Shown piece after piece: positions 1 through 9,647 of a stretch of 22,934 nt of DNA. The stretch comes from a virus (taxonomy: Duplodnaviria; Heunggongvirae; Uroviricota; Caudoviricetes): IMG/VR virus record IMGVR_UViG_2693429523_000013. One strand, 5' to 3'. The notes under the pieces were generated by a model. That model did not search any database and was not told the DNA's origin. It saw only the letters and a list, made by a program, of their open reading frames with translations. The position numbers and the translations under genes were made by a program. Positions within the stretch are counted from its first letter, which is position 1; every line of letters starts with the position of its first letter.

Positions 1-348
1 CCGGAGCGCGGTAATCACCGGCACGACACCAGGTATCCCGGTTGACCAGCAGCATCAGGTGATAGTGTTTTTTACCTTTGCACTCCCCAAACTCCCGGGC
101 CCAGACGTAATGCAGGGTTGTGGGATGCACGCGTTTACCTTCCCGATGCTTACGTTTCTGGTAAGCGTCGATTCGGGCTTTCAGGGCATTGATGAAGCGG
201 GATATCACAGCTGCGTCCGTTGCTGCCGGTACATCCGGGAAACGCAGGTCAACCCGCAATGCCGTCAGGCGGGGATGAACATTCAGTGCGTGCCGCACCG
301 TCTCACGAATACGTTGCTGCCAGAAGGGGTTGTATTTGTAGGTCATGG
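1..348 (-). CDS. YagK/YfjJ-family (inovirus Gp2-like) protein, partial; C-terminal part lies beyond the window start
   Basis: Minus-strand frame is open from ATG (complement of 346-348) to the window edge; translation MTYKYNPFWQQRIRETVRHALNVHPRLTALRVDLRFPD... resembles CP4-prophage YfjJ/YagK proteins as recalled. Absent from the ORF track because it runs off the window. Confidence 0.5.
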
Positions 349-1945
349 TTATATCTCCGTATGGTTCATACGGAATAGCCACATCGTAAAAAATGCGCAG
401 CCCCCCTGCTCAGGCTCTCTGTGATAACCCGAACGGTCGTCTCCGGACTGACGATTGAATTCCCGGCGTTGTTTTTTTTAATGTAAAAAACCGGTTACGG
501 ATAAGGCGTGGCGAGGGAGCTATCGTGATACGCAAAAAGAAATGCGGGGATTGCGGTAATTCGATTACTCATAATACAGTGTGTTGCCTGTATTGTGGCG
601 CTGTCGTTCCTTCCGGTTATTACCGGAAGACCGATCGTCTGCTCTGTTTACTGAGTTACTGCTGGTGCTGATTCTGGTTACCGTTTCAGGCGTCAGTGTA
701 TTTGTACTGTTGCAGTAGGTTACTGGGGAGGGATTATCAGGAATCGGCGGAGCAGAGCGACCCGCTGCGTTTGTTGTGCCAGACAGTAACGCACCGGATC
801 CCTGCAAAATGGTACCTGAATCAATCACAGTTAGGTATTCCGCCAATCCGTGATCGAATCGAGCGGAATACGCAGCCCTGACAAATACGAGCCCCCTTCA
901 GCAGATACAGGCCGGTAATACCTGAAAATCAGCCTATTACCGCCCACGCCTCCGGCACCATTCCCTTTTGATTTCGAATTCTTTGTTGTCGCTATACCGC
1001 TTAATGTTCCCGGTCCTCCGGTGCAGATAACACCGGAGTCATCGTAGCGCTGCTTCAATATTCAGGTGACATATTTCCAGACGGAAGCCGGCGCGCGATC
1101 GTAAAGTTTGTTCATTGTCAGTTCTGCCAGCCGGTTGTCAACGGCAGAGTTAAAGGCTTCCAGCTCCGCAAGGGTAAGTTTATAACGCGTGTGGGAATTC
1201 ACTTTTCCCGCGTCTCCTGACGTATTACGGGCTGCCACTTACCAGGTGTCCCGCAATACAGCCTTAGTGTTCCGTTATCGGGGATCCGGACGCACCGCAA
1301 CAACCGGGGAAGTATTTCTGGTTTAGAGCAGTGTCAAGAGGGATTTCTCAGCCCCTCACTCACCGGCTCAGTCTCAGGGCAGGAGCATTAATACGCTCAG
1401 TTCATGTCTTATACAGGAATGGGCACAGGGGGAGCTGGCGTGTCACTGCTGATTTTACGCATCAGCGTTCATGTATCTGCACTCTGATACATGAACGATT
1501 CACAGCGCTCTGTTACCGGAGAGATTTACTCTCTTAGCTTACTCTGGCAAATCCTTTACGTTACTCTCTGATGACTTCTTATATTTATAATACCAATCAG
1601 ACAGCCTTATCCCATCGGTGATATCAGTCTCCTCCTCGCCAGGAACGGGCTGACTCACTGTAACCACCTCCGAAAACAACTCTGCAATTATCAGAACGCC
1701 TGCTTCTCTCCCTGTCCTCACGAAAACTATCCCCTCTTTATCGCGCGTGCGTGCGGAAGCATCTTTTCGCAACAACCACCCGGTATACCGGTACGGCTCA
1801 GCCACCGCAACCTCCCCGTTTATCTCCTGGCGGTCACATTCCCGATTATTTTTTACGTTTCTCCCCGGTTGTTATGCCGGTGAAGGTGGCGCGCTGTTTT
1901 CATGACCACACCGGCTGGTTTAACAACATCCGGAGGAACATTCTC

Positions 1946-2152
1946 ATGGCTACCCCAGTTTCACTGATGGATGACCAGATGGTCGACATGGCATTTATCA
2001 CTCAACTGAACGGCCTGACAGATAAGTGGTTTTACAGGCTCATCAGGGATGGGGCCTTTCCGGCTCCCATCAAGCTGGGCCGCAGCTCCCGCTGGCTGAA
2101 AAGTGAAGTGGAAGCCTGGCTACAGGCGCGTATTGCACAGCCCCGCCCGTAA
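1946..2152 (+). CDS. alpA: AlpA-family phage/island transcriptional regulator (68 aa)
   Basis: MATPVSLMDDQ...LTDKWFYRLIRDGAFPAPIKLGRSSRWLKSEVEAWL is a typical AlpA HTH signature; GGAGG at 1932-1936 is 9 nt upstream of ATG 1946. The longer track ORF from 1751 has no comparable start context. Confidence 0.8.
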   Translation: MATPVSLMDDQMVDMAFITQLNGLTDKWFYRLIRDGAFPAPIKLGRSSRWLKSEVEAWLQARIAQPRP

Positions 2153-2246
2153 TTTCTGACCGTTATCCGTTCACCCGCAGCAGACGTAATCCCCGGCCTG
2201 CCGGCGGCATTCTGCTGCCTGTTATATCCCCGTGAGGAATATGAAA

Positions 2247-2849
2247 ATGAAACAACAGTATCAGACCCGCTACGAATGGCTCCACGAAAGCTACCAGAAA
2301 TGGCTGACCGGCTTCACCCGGCACGCCGTATCCTGGGGCGTGTGTCATCCGAATATCTACTACTTCCATAATCTGACGCCCGGTTGGGTGTCATTCAATG
2401 GTGAAAAACCGGAGATTGCCATCGTACCCCAGAGCCTGCACCGGCTGATTTATGGCCCTGACAAACGGGCCACGCCGCCCCTGGATGATGATCTGATTGT
2501 GAATTTATGCACCAGTGAACATCTGCTGGTTCATCATCCGATGCTGGAAGGCATTCTCCTGTCTGAATGTGAACGTCTGAGGCAGCGTTCTCTGGCAAAT
2601 AAACTGATCAGCCTCTTCCGTCAGTTTGGTGGCACGGAGTTGCGCCTCAAACTGGTCTGGCTTTGCTGGCTTGATTTAATGACCGGAAACAGCCTTGAAG
2701 ACTGGAAAGAGAACCTGAAACGGAAATCAGAAAAAGAGCTGGAGGAATGGATCATCAACCGTCAGAGGCAGAGCGCAGCACTGACGGATCTGATGGATCA
2801 GTACGTGCTCCTGGCATACCGCACAACGGTTGACGATAGCCGCAACTGA
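2247..2849 (+). CDS. hypothetical protein (200 aa), island-encoded
   Basis: Long ORF directly downstream of alpA; GAGGA at 2234-2238 is 8 nt before ATG 2247. No family recognised. Confidence 0.5.
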   Translation: MKQQYQTRYEWLHESYQKWLTGFTRHAVSWGVCHPNIYYFHNLTPGWVSFNGEKPEIAIVPQSLHRLIYGPDKRATPPLDDDLIVNLCTSEHLLVHHPMLEGILLSECERLRQRSLANKLISLFRQFGGTELRLKLVWLCWLDLMTGNSLEDWKENLKRKSEKELEEWIINRQRQSAALTDLMDQYVLLAYRTTVDDSRN

Positions 2850-4190
2850 TGCCGGTTGCTTCCGGAAGGTGTGACAAAATACGGAAATGATGATGCTCCC
2901 GGCCCCGCATGCTCACCTGCAGAGCGTGTTCGTCGTCATCATACTGAGCCATGACGGGCGTCTTAAGGGCATCCTGTCATTGCTGAGCAGGCAACACCAC
3001 CAGAGGAGCCACGGACAGGGATGTTCTTTACAGCCCGATACACGCCAGGTTCTCAGCAGACTGAATGTGCAGGTGCGGTTATTCACCAGAAATGGCATGC
3101 TGCGGTACATACCCATCCTGGTGACAATATGTACGTGGCGACAGCGATCCCGGCACTGTGGAAGAGACTCACTCAGCCTGCAGGATATTCTTTCCGGCAT
3201 CCGGGAATGTCCGCCTGAATGCAAACAGGATGATATTTGAATCCGTAATACTGTTCTTTCATCATAAATAATTTATGCAGATACAGTTAACCGTTACAGT
3301 AGCCGGTTTGTTTTACCGGGAAATAATATCCGTCAGACTGATGCCGGAACATATCTGAAACACGTTATGATGTTTTGTTATCAGAAATGTTGTATATTCT
3401 TATCCGTGGCGACAGTTTAATGCCCTCTGGTATCACCTTGGATTTGCCCCTATATTTACGGGACACGCCTCTTTTCATTGTGCTCCTTTTCAGACTTCAT
3501 TTTCCGTAAGTATTCCCCGGCATAAAGGAGGTACCTTTCTGGCGTTTATAACTCTCTTTATCGGTGACGCCGGTAATACAGGGAATACCACACCGACAAA
3601 CGAGGTATTAACAGACGATATTTCAGTGTCCATAATTTTTCTGTCCGGTTAAATAACGTCAGTCTGCTGCCCTCTGACTGTAATCATCAAAGCCGGAATG
3701 CATACCGGGTTACAACGTAAAAAAAGTGATGCTGGCCCCCGGTGCAGCTGGCGGGCGAAACATGTTTACCTTTCAATACCCCCTGTCTGCAGTCTCCACT
3801 CTTCCATCCTCTTAAGCTACGTCGGCCACATGAGTGCACTTCCATGATAACAGGTATTCCTGTCAGCATAACGAAGCAGGTTACCTTCCCTTCCTCCTGC
3901 ATTTCCTGTCAGAATGACTGTACAGCGCGCAGATTGCCTTTTTATTGACCACCTTAATATACCATTATAAACTTCTTTTTATCATGTTATTATCACCTTA
4001 TTATGTTTAATTTTTAAGCAACCGGAGAAAGAGGATGGTTCAGAAAATTTTGTCGGATAAGGTTATGAATGAAAGAACAAATGCGTATTACTCTTATTAT
4101 CTTGGAGAGCGTAATATCTCCGTACTACCCCTTAATGGTAACCGGCTCATTTAAACCGTCTGGTCTGTTTCCTCCGGCTCTACAAAAATA

Positions 4191-4868
4191 ATGTCCATCA
4201 TTTTTAATGGACACTATCGTATGAAACACCGGACCTGGATCACTGAAGCTTTACGTCTTCACTTTGAAGAACATTTACCCCGGGTTGTGGCCGGGCGTCG
4301 CCTGAGTGTACCAAAATCAACAGTTTGTAGTATGTTCGTGCGCTTTCGGAGAGCTGGCCTTTCGTGGCCTTTGCCCGCAGGCATGTCGGAGCAGGAACTT
4401 GATGCCTGCCTTTACGGACAATTTTCCACGGTACCAGTCGTACGTCCTGAAAGCACCGTTATATCCGAAGCCCCCGTGGTAAAAAAACGTCCCCGGCGGC
4501 CCAACTTCCCTTATGAGTTTAAAATCGCCTTAGTGGAGCAGTCACTACAGCCCGGAGCCTGTGTGGCGCAGATCGCCCGGGAAAACGGAATCAACGATAA
4601 CCTGCTCTTCAACTGGCGCCATCAATACCGGAAAGGTGGCCTGCTGCCTTCCGGAAAAAATATGCCGGCACTGCTTCCCGTGACGTTAACGCCGGAGCCG
4701 GATAATAAAATCCCGGCCCCCGCACAGGAACCAGAGCAGATAAATACACCGTCCGACAGTCTGTGTTGTGAGCTGGTTCTGCCGGCCGGAACTCTCAGGC
4801 TTAAAGGTAAACTGACGCCGGCGTTATTACAGACACTTATCCGCGAAATAAAAGGGAGCAGCCACTGA
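4191..4868 (+). CDS. tnpA: IS66-family accessory protein TnpA (orfA) with atypical N-terminal extension; start uncertain
   Basis: C-terminal part PRRPNFPYEFKIALVEQSLQPGACVAQIARENGINDNLLFNWRHQYRKGGL matches the IS66 TnpA HTH pattern. The first ~95 residues (..RRAGLSWPLPAGMSEQELDACLYGQ..) look like a separate transposase-type HTH. Confidence 0.65.
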   Translation: MSIIFNGHYRMKHRTWITEALRLHFEEHLPRVVAGRRLSVPKSTVCSMFVRFRRAGLSWPLPAGMSEQELDACLYGQFSTVPVVRPESTVISEAPVVKKRPRRPNFPYEFKIALVEQSLQPGACVAQIARENGINDNLLFNWRHQYRKGGLLPSGKNMPALLPVTLTPEPDNKIPAPAQEPEQINTPSDSLCCELVLPAGTLRLKGKLTPALLQTLIREIKGSSH

Positions 4869-5215
4869 TGATATCTCTCCCTGCAGGTTCGCGTATCTGG
4901 CTGGTTGCAGGTATCACCGATATGCGAAATGGCTTTAACGGCCTGGCATCAAAAGTTCAGAACGTCCTGAAGGATGACCCGTTCTCCGGACACCTGTTCA
5001 TCTTCCGCGGACGCCGGGGTGACCAGATAAAAGTGTTGTGGGCTGACAGTGACGGACTGTGCCTCTTCACCAAACGCCTGGAGCGGGGCCGCTTCGTCTG
5101 GCCAGTCACCCGTGACGGCAAGGTGCACCTTACTCCGGCTCAGTTATCCATGCTTCTTGAAGGTATCAACTGGAAGCACCCGAAACGAACGGAACGCGCT
5201 GGAATCCGCATATAA
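4868..5215 (+). CDS. tnpB: IS66-family TnpB (orf2), 115 aa
   Basis: MISLPAGSRIWLVAGITDMRNGFNGLASKVQ...GDQIKVLWADSDGLCLFTKRLERGRFVWP is the characteristic IS66 Orf2 sequence; start overlaps the tnpA stop. Confidence 0.9.
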   Translation: MISLPAGSRIWLVAGITDMRNGFNGLASKVQNVLKDDPFSGHLFIFRGRRGDQIKVLWADSDGLCLFTKRLERGRFVWPVTRDGKVHLTPAQLSMLLEGINWKHPKRTERAGIRI

Positions 5216-5234
5216 CCCGTTGTAAAGTGAGGAT

Positions 5235-6806
5235 ATGGACACCTCACTTGCTCATGAGAACGCCCGCCTGCGGGCACTGTTGCAGACGCAACAGGACACC
5301 ATCCGCCAGATGGCTGAATACAACCGCCTGCTCTCACAGCGGGTGGCGGCTTATGCTTCCGAAATCAACCGGCTGAAGGCGCTGGTTGCGAAACTGCAAC
5401 GTATGCAGTTCGGTAAAAGCTCAGAAAAACTTCGTGCAAAAACCGAACGGCAGATACAGGAAGCACAGGAGCGAATCAGCGCACTTCAGGAAGAAATGGC
5501 GGAAACGCTGGGTGAGCAATATGACCCGGTACTGCCATCCGCCCTGCGCCAGTCTTCAGCCCGTAAACCGTTACCGGCCTCACTTCCCCGTGAAACCCGG
5601 GTTATCCGGCCGGAAGAGGAATGCTGTCCTGCCTGTGGTGGTGAACTCAGTTCTCTGGGATGTGATGTGTCAGAGCAACTGGAGCTTATCAGCAGCGCCT
5701 TTAAGGTTATCGAAACACAACGTCCGAAACAGGCCTGTTGCCGGTGCGACCATATCGTGCAGGCACCAGTACCTTCAAAACCCATTGCACGCAGTTATGC
5801 CGGAGCGGGGCTTCTGGCCCATGTTGTCACCGGGAAATATGCAGACCATCTGCCGTTATACCGCCAGTCAGAAATATACCGTCGTCAGGGAGTGGAGCTG
5901 AGCCGTGCCACACTGGGGCGCTGGACAGGTGCTGTTGCTGAACTGCTGGAGCCGCTGTATGACGTCCTGCGCCAGTATGTGCTGATGCCCGGTAAAGTCC
6001 ATGCTGATGATATCCCCGTCCCGGTCCAGGAGCCGGGCAGCGGTAAAACCCGGACAGCCCGGCTGTGGGTCTACGTCCGTGATGACCGTAACGCCGGTTC
6101 ACAGATGCCCCCGGCGGTCTGGTTCGCGTACAGTCCGGACCGGAAAGGTATCCATCCACAAAATCACCTGGCCGGTTACAGCGGTGTGCTTCAGGCCGAT
6201 GCTTACGGTGGTTACCGGGCGTTATACGAATCCGGCAGAATAACGGAAGCCGCGTGTATGGCTCATGCCCGGAGAAAAATCCACGATGTGCATGCAAGAG
6301 CGCCCACCTACATCACCACGGAAGCCCTGCAGCGTATCGGTGAACTGTATGCCATCGAGGCAGAGGTCCGGGGCTGTTCAGCAGAACAGCGTCTGGCGGC
6401 AAGAAAAGCCAGAGCCGCGCCACTGATGCAGTCACTGTATGACTGGATACAGCAACAGATGAAAACACTGTCGCGTCACTCAGATACGGCAAAAGCGTTC
6501 GCATACCTGCTGAAACAGTGGGATGCACTGAACGTGTACTGCAGTAATGGCTGGGTGGAAATCGACAACAACATCGCAGAGAACGCCTTACGGGGAGTGG
6601 CCGTAGGCCGGAAAAACTGGATGTTCGCGGGTTCCGACAGCGGTGGTGAACATGCGGCGGTGTTGTACTCGCTGATCGGCACATGCCGTCTGAACAATGT
6701 GGAGCCAGAAAAGTGGCTGCGTTACGTCATTGAACATATCCAGGACTGGCCGGCAAACCGGGTACGCGATCTGTTGCCCTGGAAAGTTGATCTGAGCTCT
6801 CAGTAA
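5235..6806 (+). CDS. tnpC: IS66-family transposase TnpC (523 aa)
   Basis: N-terminal coiled-coil/leucine-zipper region, CxxC...CxxC zinc-finger motifs (CPACGG...CCRCDH) and a C-terminal DDE region typical of IS66 transposases; GAGG lies just upstream of ATG 5235. Confidence 0.9.
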   Translation: MDTSLAHENARLRALLQTQQDTIRQMAEYNRLLSQRVAAYASEINRLKALVAKLQRMQFGKSSEKLRAKTERQIQEAQERISALQEEMAETLGEQYDPVLPSALRQSSARKPLPASLPRETRVIRPEEECCPACGGELSSLGCDVSEQLELISSAFKVIETQRPKQACCRCDHIVQAPVPSKPIARSYAGAGLLAHVVTGKYADHLPLYRQSEIYRRQGVELSRATLGRWTGAVAELLEPLYDVLRQYVLMPGKVHADDIPVPVQEPGSGKTRTARLWVYVRDDRNAGSQMPPAVWFAYSPDRKGIHPQNHLAGYSGVLQADAYGGYRALYESGRITEAACMAHARRKIHDVHARAPTYITTEALQRIGELYAIEAEVRGCSAEQRLAARKARAAPLMQSLYDWIQQQMKTLSRHSDTAKAFAYLLKQWDALNVYCSNGWVEIDNNIAENALRGVAVGRKNWMFAGSDSGGEHAAVLYSLIGTCRLNNVEPEKWLRYVIEHIQDWPANRVRDLLPWKVDLSSQ

Positions 6807-6855
6807 ATATCAATACGGTTCTGACGAGTCGCTTACAAACAAAAGGCTGGTTAAC

Positions 6856-7077
6856 ATGAAAAAAATGGCAATTGTCGATAAAAAGGGTCTGGAGTACATT
6901 CCTAATATCGATCGTATGATCCGTGAGAAAGAATGTCGGGAGCTAACCACTCTTGCGAACAGCACACGCTGGAAGCTGGAGAAGGAAGGAAAATTTCCTA
7001 AGCGGATCAAGATTGGTTCCACTGCTGTTGCATATCGTCTTTCAGAAGTGCAGGCATGGATTAGGGGAGAGTGGTAA
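6856..7077 (+). CDS. AlpA-family HTH regulator (73 aa)
   Basis: ...ELTTLANSTRWKLEKEGKFPKRIKIGSTAVAYRLSEVQAWIRGE fits the AlpA/excisionase-like HTH pattern; begins 20 bp after the IS66 right end. Confidence 0.7.
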   Translation: MKKMAIVDKKGLEYIPNIDRMIREKECRELTTLANSTRWKLEKEGKFPKRIKIGSTAVAYRLSEVQAWIRGEW

Positions 7078-7128
7078 GAATTTAGACAGTGGATGTAATC
7101 CTATGGGGTAAACCCATAGGATTTGAAA

Positions 7129-8478
7129 TCACTTAAATTCAAATACGTGCGTAGTTGATGAGATTATATAATTAGGTGGTAAGTATTGAACTATTTCTCC
7201 ATCTTCTTCAAAAATATGAATAACTCTTGGGAATAATTCAGGGTGTATAGGATTTAATGCCTTCGGATTATGAAACATGTATATTGCTGTACACCATGGT
7301 TCTTGATATGAAGGTGCATTGACAAGAGCAGTAAAAGGCATTGGGGTACAGCCTTCATCAGTTTTAATACCTCTAACGATGGATTTGACATTTTTTTGTT
7401 CAATCCCTGCCACTACTCCCATCCTATCAAATTTTGGGATGGTGGCATGTGTCGCAAGTAATATGGCTGAGACATTCTCATTTTTATTAGAGCCGAAAAA
7501 ATTAGATTGTATACTTCGATTTTCAAATAAATGTTGTTCAATTTTACTTCCAGAATCCATATCTACACCATACAGATAGCTTTGTAGTGCTGGCATTGAT
7601 ATACTCATCGAAAATCTGCGTGAGTAATCGTGTAAAGCAATAATGAAAGGCTTTCCTTTTGTATGATCTAGTTCCCAATAGCATAATTTTAAGGGTTCAG
7701 GTTTATGCCTAACTTTCTTTAATAGAGTGCGGGCAAATTTGAATGGCATTTGTTCTTTTACATATCTCTGAAGATCTTCTACTGCCTCATGATCAAGTAT
7801 CAATTTCTCGGTAGGTTCCTCTTGTTCTGCAACTGTGGCAGCTTCTACAGCAATATCAATGCCATTTTTTGAGATAATATAATCAGGTTGAGCATAATCT
7901 CTGCATATTACGAAATCCATTTCGTAGAAAACTGCGTTTAGATAAAGTTCGAATAAGCGAGAGTTAAATGAAGCACTCTGGAAATCTCTGATGAATATTC
8001 CATCAGGATCTTTACACCAATAAGCTAACTCTTGCATAACAATAAATGCAGGATAGTGTTTGGGTTCCTCAAGTAGCATTCTTAGATAAACGTTTTTTTT
8101 ATGTTCTGGAACTTTGGCTAGGAATATTGAAAATGCCGACTCTGATTCGTCACCCTGTATAAAACAACCGTTCTTGTGTAGTGATAATAGCTCTGGTATG
8201 GCTTTTTCCATATCAGTAATTAAATCATCTTTAGATTCACGGGATACAATTACTTTAATCGCTCTAAATTTTTTATCTAAATCCCTACCTAGAAATATAG
8301 CGTTGTAATCATTATCTATTTTACAAAAAACAATTGTTGCTAAGATCGTGACATCATCCTTTATAAATTTGAACCAACAGATTTCCTCCGAAAAGGTTTT
8401 TACGTATGGTGTACGACCATAGAAAAATACATCAAATTGTTCTTTACTGATTTCTAGCATTTTGTGACTTGTTGTCAT
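7129..8478 (-). CDS. hypothetical protein, 449 aa, AT-rich cargo gene of unknown function
   Basis: Uninterrupted 1350-nt minus-strand ORF; AAGGA is 7 nt upstream of the ATG (complement of 8476-8478). Visibly AT-rich compared with flanking DNA (by eye, not computed). No confident family assignment. Confidence 0.7.
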   Translation of the reverse strand: MTTSHKMLEISKEQFDVFFYGRTPYVKTFSEEICWFKFIKDDVTILATIVFCKIDNDYNAIFLGRDLDKKFRAIKVIVSRESKDDLITDMEKAIPELLSLHKNGCFIQGDESESAFSIFLAKVPEHKKNVYLRMLLEEPKHYPAFIVMQELAYWCKDPDGIFIRDFQSASFNSRLFELYLNAVFYEMDFVICRDYAQPDYIISKNGIDIAVEAATVAEQEEPTEKLILDHEAVEDLQRYVKEQMPFKFARTLLKKVRHKPEPLKLCYWELDHTKGKPFIIALHDYSRRFSMSISMPALQSYLYGVDMDSGSKIEQHLFENRSIQSNFFGSNKNENVSAILLATHATIPKFDRMGVVAGIEQKNVKSIVRGIKTDEGCTPMPFTALVNAPSYQEPWCTAIYMFHNPKALNPIHPELFPRVIHIFEEDGEIVQYLPPNYIISSTTHVFEFK

Positions 8479-8501
8479 AGAAGAATCCTTTATGCAAATT
8501 A

Positions 8502-8696
8502 TCAGCCTTTAGGTGTTATTCCTTGTTTTATTAGTTCGGCACGAGCCAGTTCTTTTAGCCAGTTACCTAAGCTCATCCCTTCTTTGGCAGCGACATTAAC
8601 CATTTGTTCTTTTAATTCTGGGTTAATACGGACTTGGAATGCTGGTGCTTTACCTGCACCTTTCGGTTGTTTATCACGTTGAATGATAGTTGACAT
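8502..8696 (-). CDS. ribbon-helix-helix (Arc/CopG-like) DNA-binding protein, 64 aa; likely regulator of the downstream 449-aa gene
   Basis: ..FQVRINPELKEQMVNVAAKEGMSLGNWLKELARAEL.. matches the beta-strand/helix/helix pattern of Arc-type repressors. Its stop is 23 nt upstream of the 449-aa gene start on the same strand. Confidence 0.6.
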   Translation of the reverse strand: MSTIIQRDKQPKGAGKAPAFQVRINPELKEQMVNVAAKEGMSLGNWLKELARAELIKQGITPKG

Positions 8697-8738
8697 GTGT
8701 GTACCTATTGCTTAGTATGATTCTTGATAGGTACACAC
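8697..8738. promoter_or_regulatory. 12-bp perfect inverted repeat (GTGTGTACCTAT-N18-ATAGGTACACAC) directly upstream of the RHH gene; candidate operator or translational hairpin
   Basis: Arms at 8697-8708 and 8727-8738 are exact reverse complements. On the minus strand, the arm adjacent to the start codon contains the only SD-like sequence (AGGT) for the RHH gene. Confidence 0.4.
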
Positions 8739-8835
8739 CTTATCATGTTTTATTGCTATATAACAACGCCCTGCAGTGCTCGCAACACATACAGGGCGTC
8801 TAACCACCAACGATAGCAACAGTATCGAGGTAGCT

Positions 8836-9039
8836 ATGAGAAATCATACCACACACCCGCAAGGGCGGGATTCGCACAACCTGAATAAATACATCTGGCG
8901 TTTTATCGCCCTGAGCACCGCACAACCACGCGTAATACACATCGAGGCCGCCAGCGAACAGGAAGCCCGCCAGCAATCCCCAACTGGCTACGTGATGATA
9001 TTCGCCGCCCGTATTCGTCAGGAGGTGTGCCGTGCTTAA
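8836..9039 (+). CDS. hypothetical small protein (67 aa), first gene of the divergent plus-strand operon
   Basis: GAGG at 8827-8830 precedes ATG 8836. The track ORF from 8776 is longer but lacks an RBS. No family recognised. Confidence 0.35.
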   Translation: MRNHTTHPQGRDSHNLNKYIWRFIALSTAQPRVIHIEAASEQEARQQSPTGYVMIFAARIRQEVCRA

Positions 9040-9217
9040 AACCTTCCGTGTATTTGCCCGAGCTGTTAACCCACTGGGCCACACAATTGGTATCACTCAG
9101 AACGTGAAGGCTGTTAATGTTCAGACGGCTATTGCTGCGGTGAGAAGCGAATCATCAGAATATGGCTTATCACAAGTCATTATTTCAGCAGTGTATGAAT
9201 TAAAAGAGGTGCATTAA
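9032..9217 (+). CDS. hypothetical small protein (61 aa)
   Basis: GTG start at 9032 with GGAGG at 9021-9025 (6-nt spacing); overlaps the previous stop, suggesting translational coupling. Confidence 0.4.
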   Translation: MLKTFRVFARAVNPLGHTIGITQNVKAVNVQTAIAAVRSESSEYGLSQVIISAVYELKEVH

Positions 9218-9408
9218 TGAAGGAAATTACATTACACGAAGCCGCTGAACGTGCGCACCAGACAGAAATTATTTGCCGCCTTCTTGAGGTATACCCGAAC
9301 AAAATTACAGATGCTGATATATCCGCGCTGGCGAGCCTACTGGCGCGCCTTTCGGGAAGTGTCGCTAGTTTCCTGATTGAGGAAGAAAGTAAGCTGGTGG
9401 GGGATTAA
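9217..9408 (+). CDS. hypothetical small protein (63 aa)
   Basis: ATG overlaps the upstream stop (TAATG); AGAGG lies upstream. Confidence 0.45.
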   Translation: MKEITLHEAAERAHQTEIICRLLEVYPNKITDADISALASLLARLSGSVASFLIEEESKLVGD

Positions 9409-9630
9409 ATGAATACAGAACGGGAAGTCTTTTTTAAATTGTTAGCATGTGCAGAAAGTTCATTAACTTTAAATAATTCAGCAAAAGCAATATTAAATAT
9501 GTGGCTTGATTGCATAAATGACAATGAAGATGCAAATATTGCTTATGGCCTGTTGTCACTTATTGATGAATCAGCAGAAAAACTCAATGACGCAATAAAT
9601 AGTGCCCTGCTATCAAATAAGTCGAGTTAA
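9409..9630 (+). CDS. hypothetical small protein (73 aa), AT-rich
   Basis: Start immediately follows the previous stop and is preceded by a G-rich SD-like stretch. Confidence 0.45.
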   Translation: MNTEREVFFKLLACAESSLTLNNSAKAILNMWLDCINDNEDANIAYGLLSLIDESAEKLNDAINSALLSNKSS

Positions 9631-9647
9631 GTCGAGGAATAAATAAT

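Larger units (their letters stand above)
4191..6836 (+). mobile_element. IS66-family insertion sequence (tnpA-tnpB-tnpC); boundaries approximate, terminal inverted repeats not resolved
   Basis: Canonical IS66 three-gene arrangement with overlapping tnpA/tnpB (TGATG at 4866-4870). Sequence ends ...gagtcgcttac at 6826-6836, resembling an IS66-type terminus read on the opposite strand (GTAAGCG...). Left end not identified. Confidence 0.75.

Noticed and set aside
59-424. 121-aa plus-strand ORF at the window start
   Set aside because: It lies antisense to the YagK/YfjJ-like minus-strand frame, which has a recognisable product; no RBS and an implausible Cys/His-rich composition.
565-1058. Two overlapping minus-strand ORFs (565-846, 831-1058)
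   Set aside because: Low-complexity translations (Gly/Ser/Thr-rich), no start context, no recognisable family; treated as chance frames in intergenic DNA.
1539-1805. 88-aa minus-strand ORF upstream of alpA
   Set aside because: No RBS and no recognisable family; it overlaps the spurious 5' extension of the alpA frame. Could be real but not supportable from sequence alone.
1751-1945. 5' extension of the alpA ORF (track start 1751)
   Set aside because: The internal ATG at 1946 has a GGAGG RBS and gives the typical ~68-aa AlpA length; the Pro-rich extension has no start context.
2232-2246. Earlier GTG/ATG starts for the 200-aa hypothetical (track start 2232)
   Set aside because: The GAGGA RBS at 2234-2238 overlaps these codons; ATG at 2247 has proper spacing.
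5386-6297. ORFs nested in tnpC (5386-5901 +, 5827-6297 -, 5486-5785 -)
   Set aside because: Alternative-frame or antisense frames inside a well-supported transposase gene, with Arg/Cys/His-rich composition typical of off-frame GC-rich DNA.
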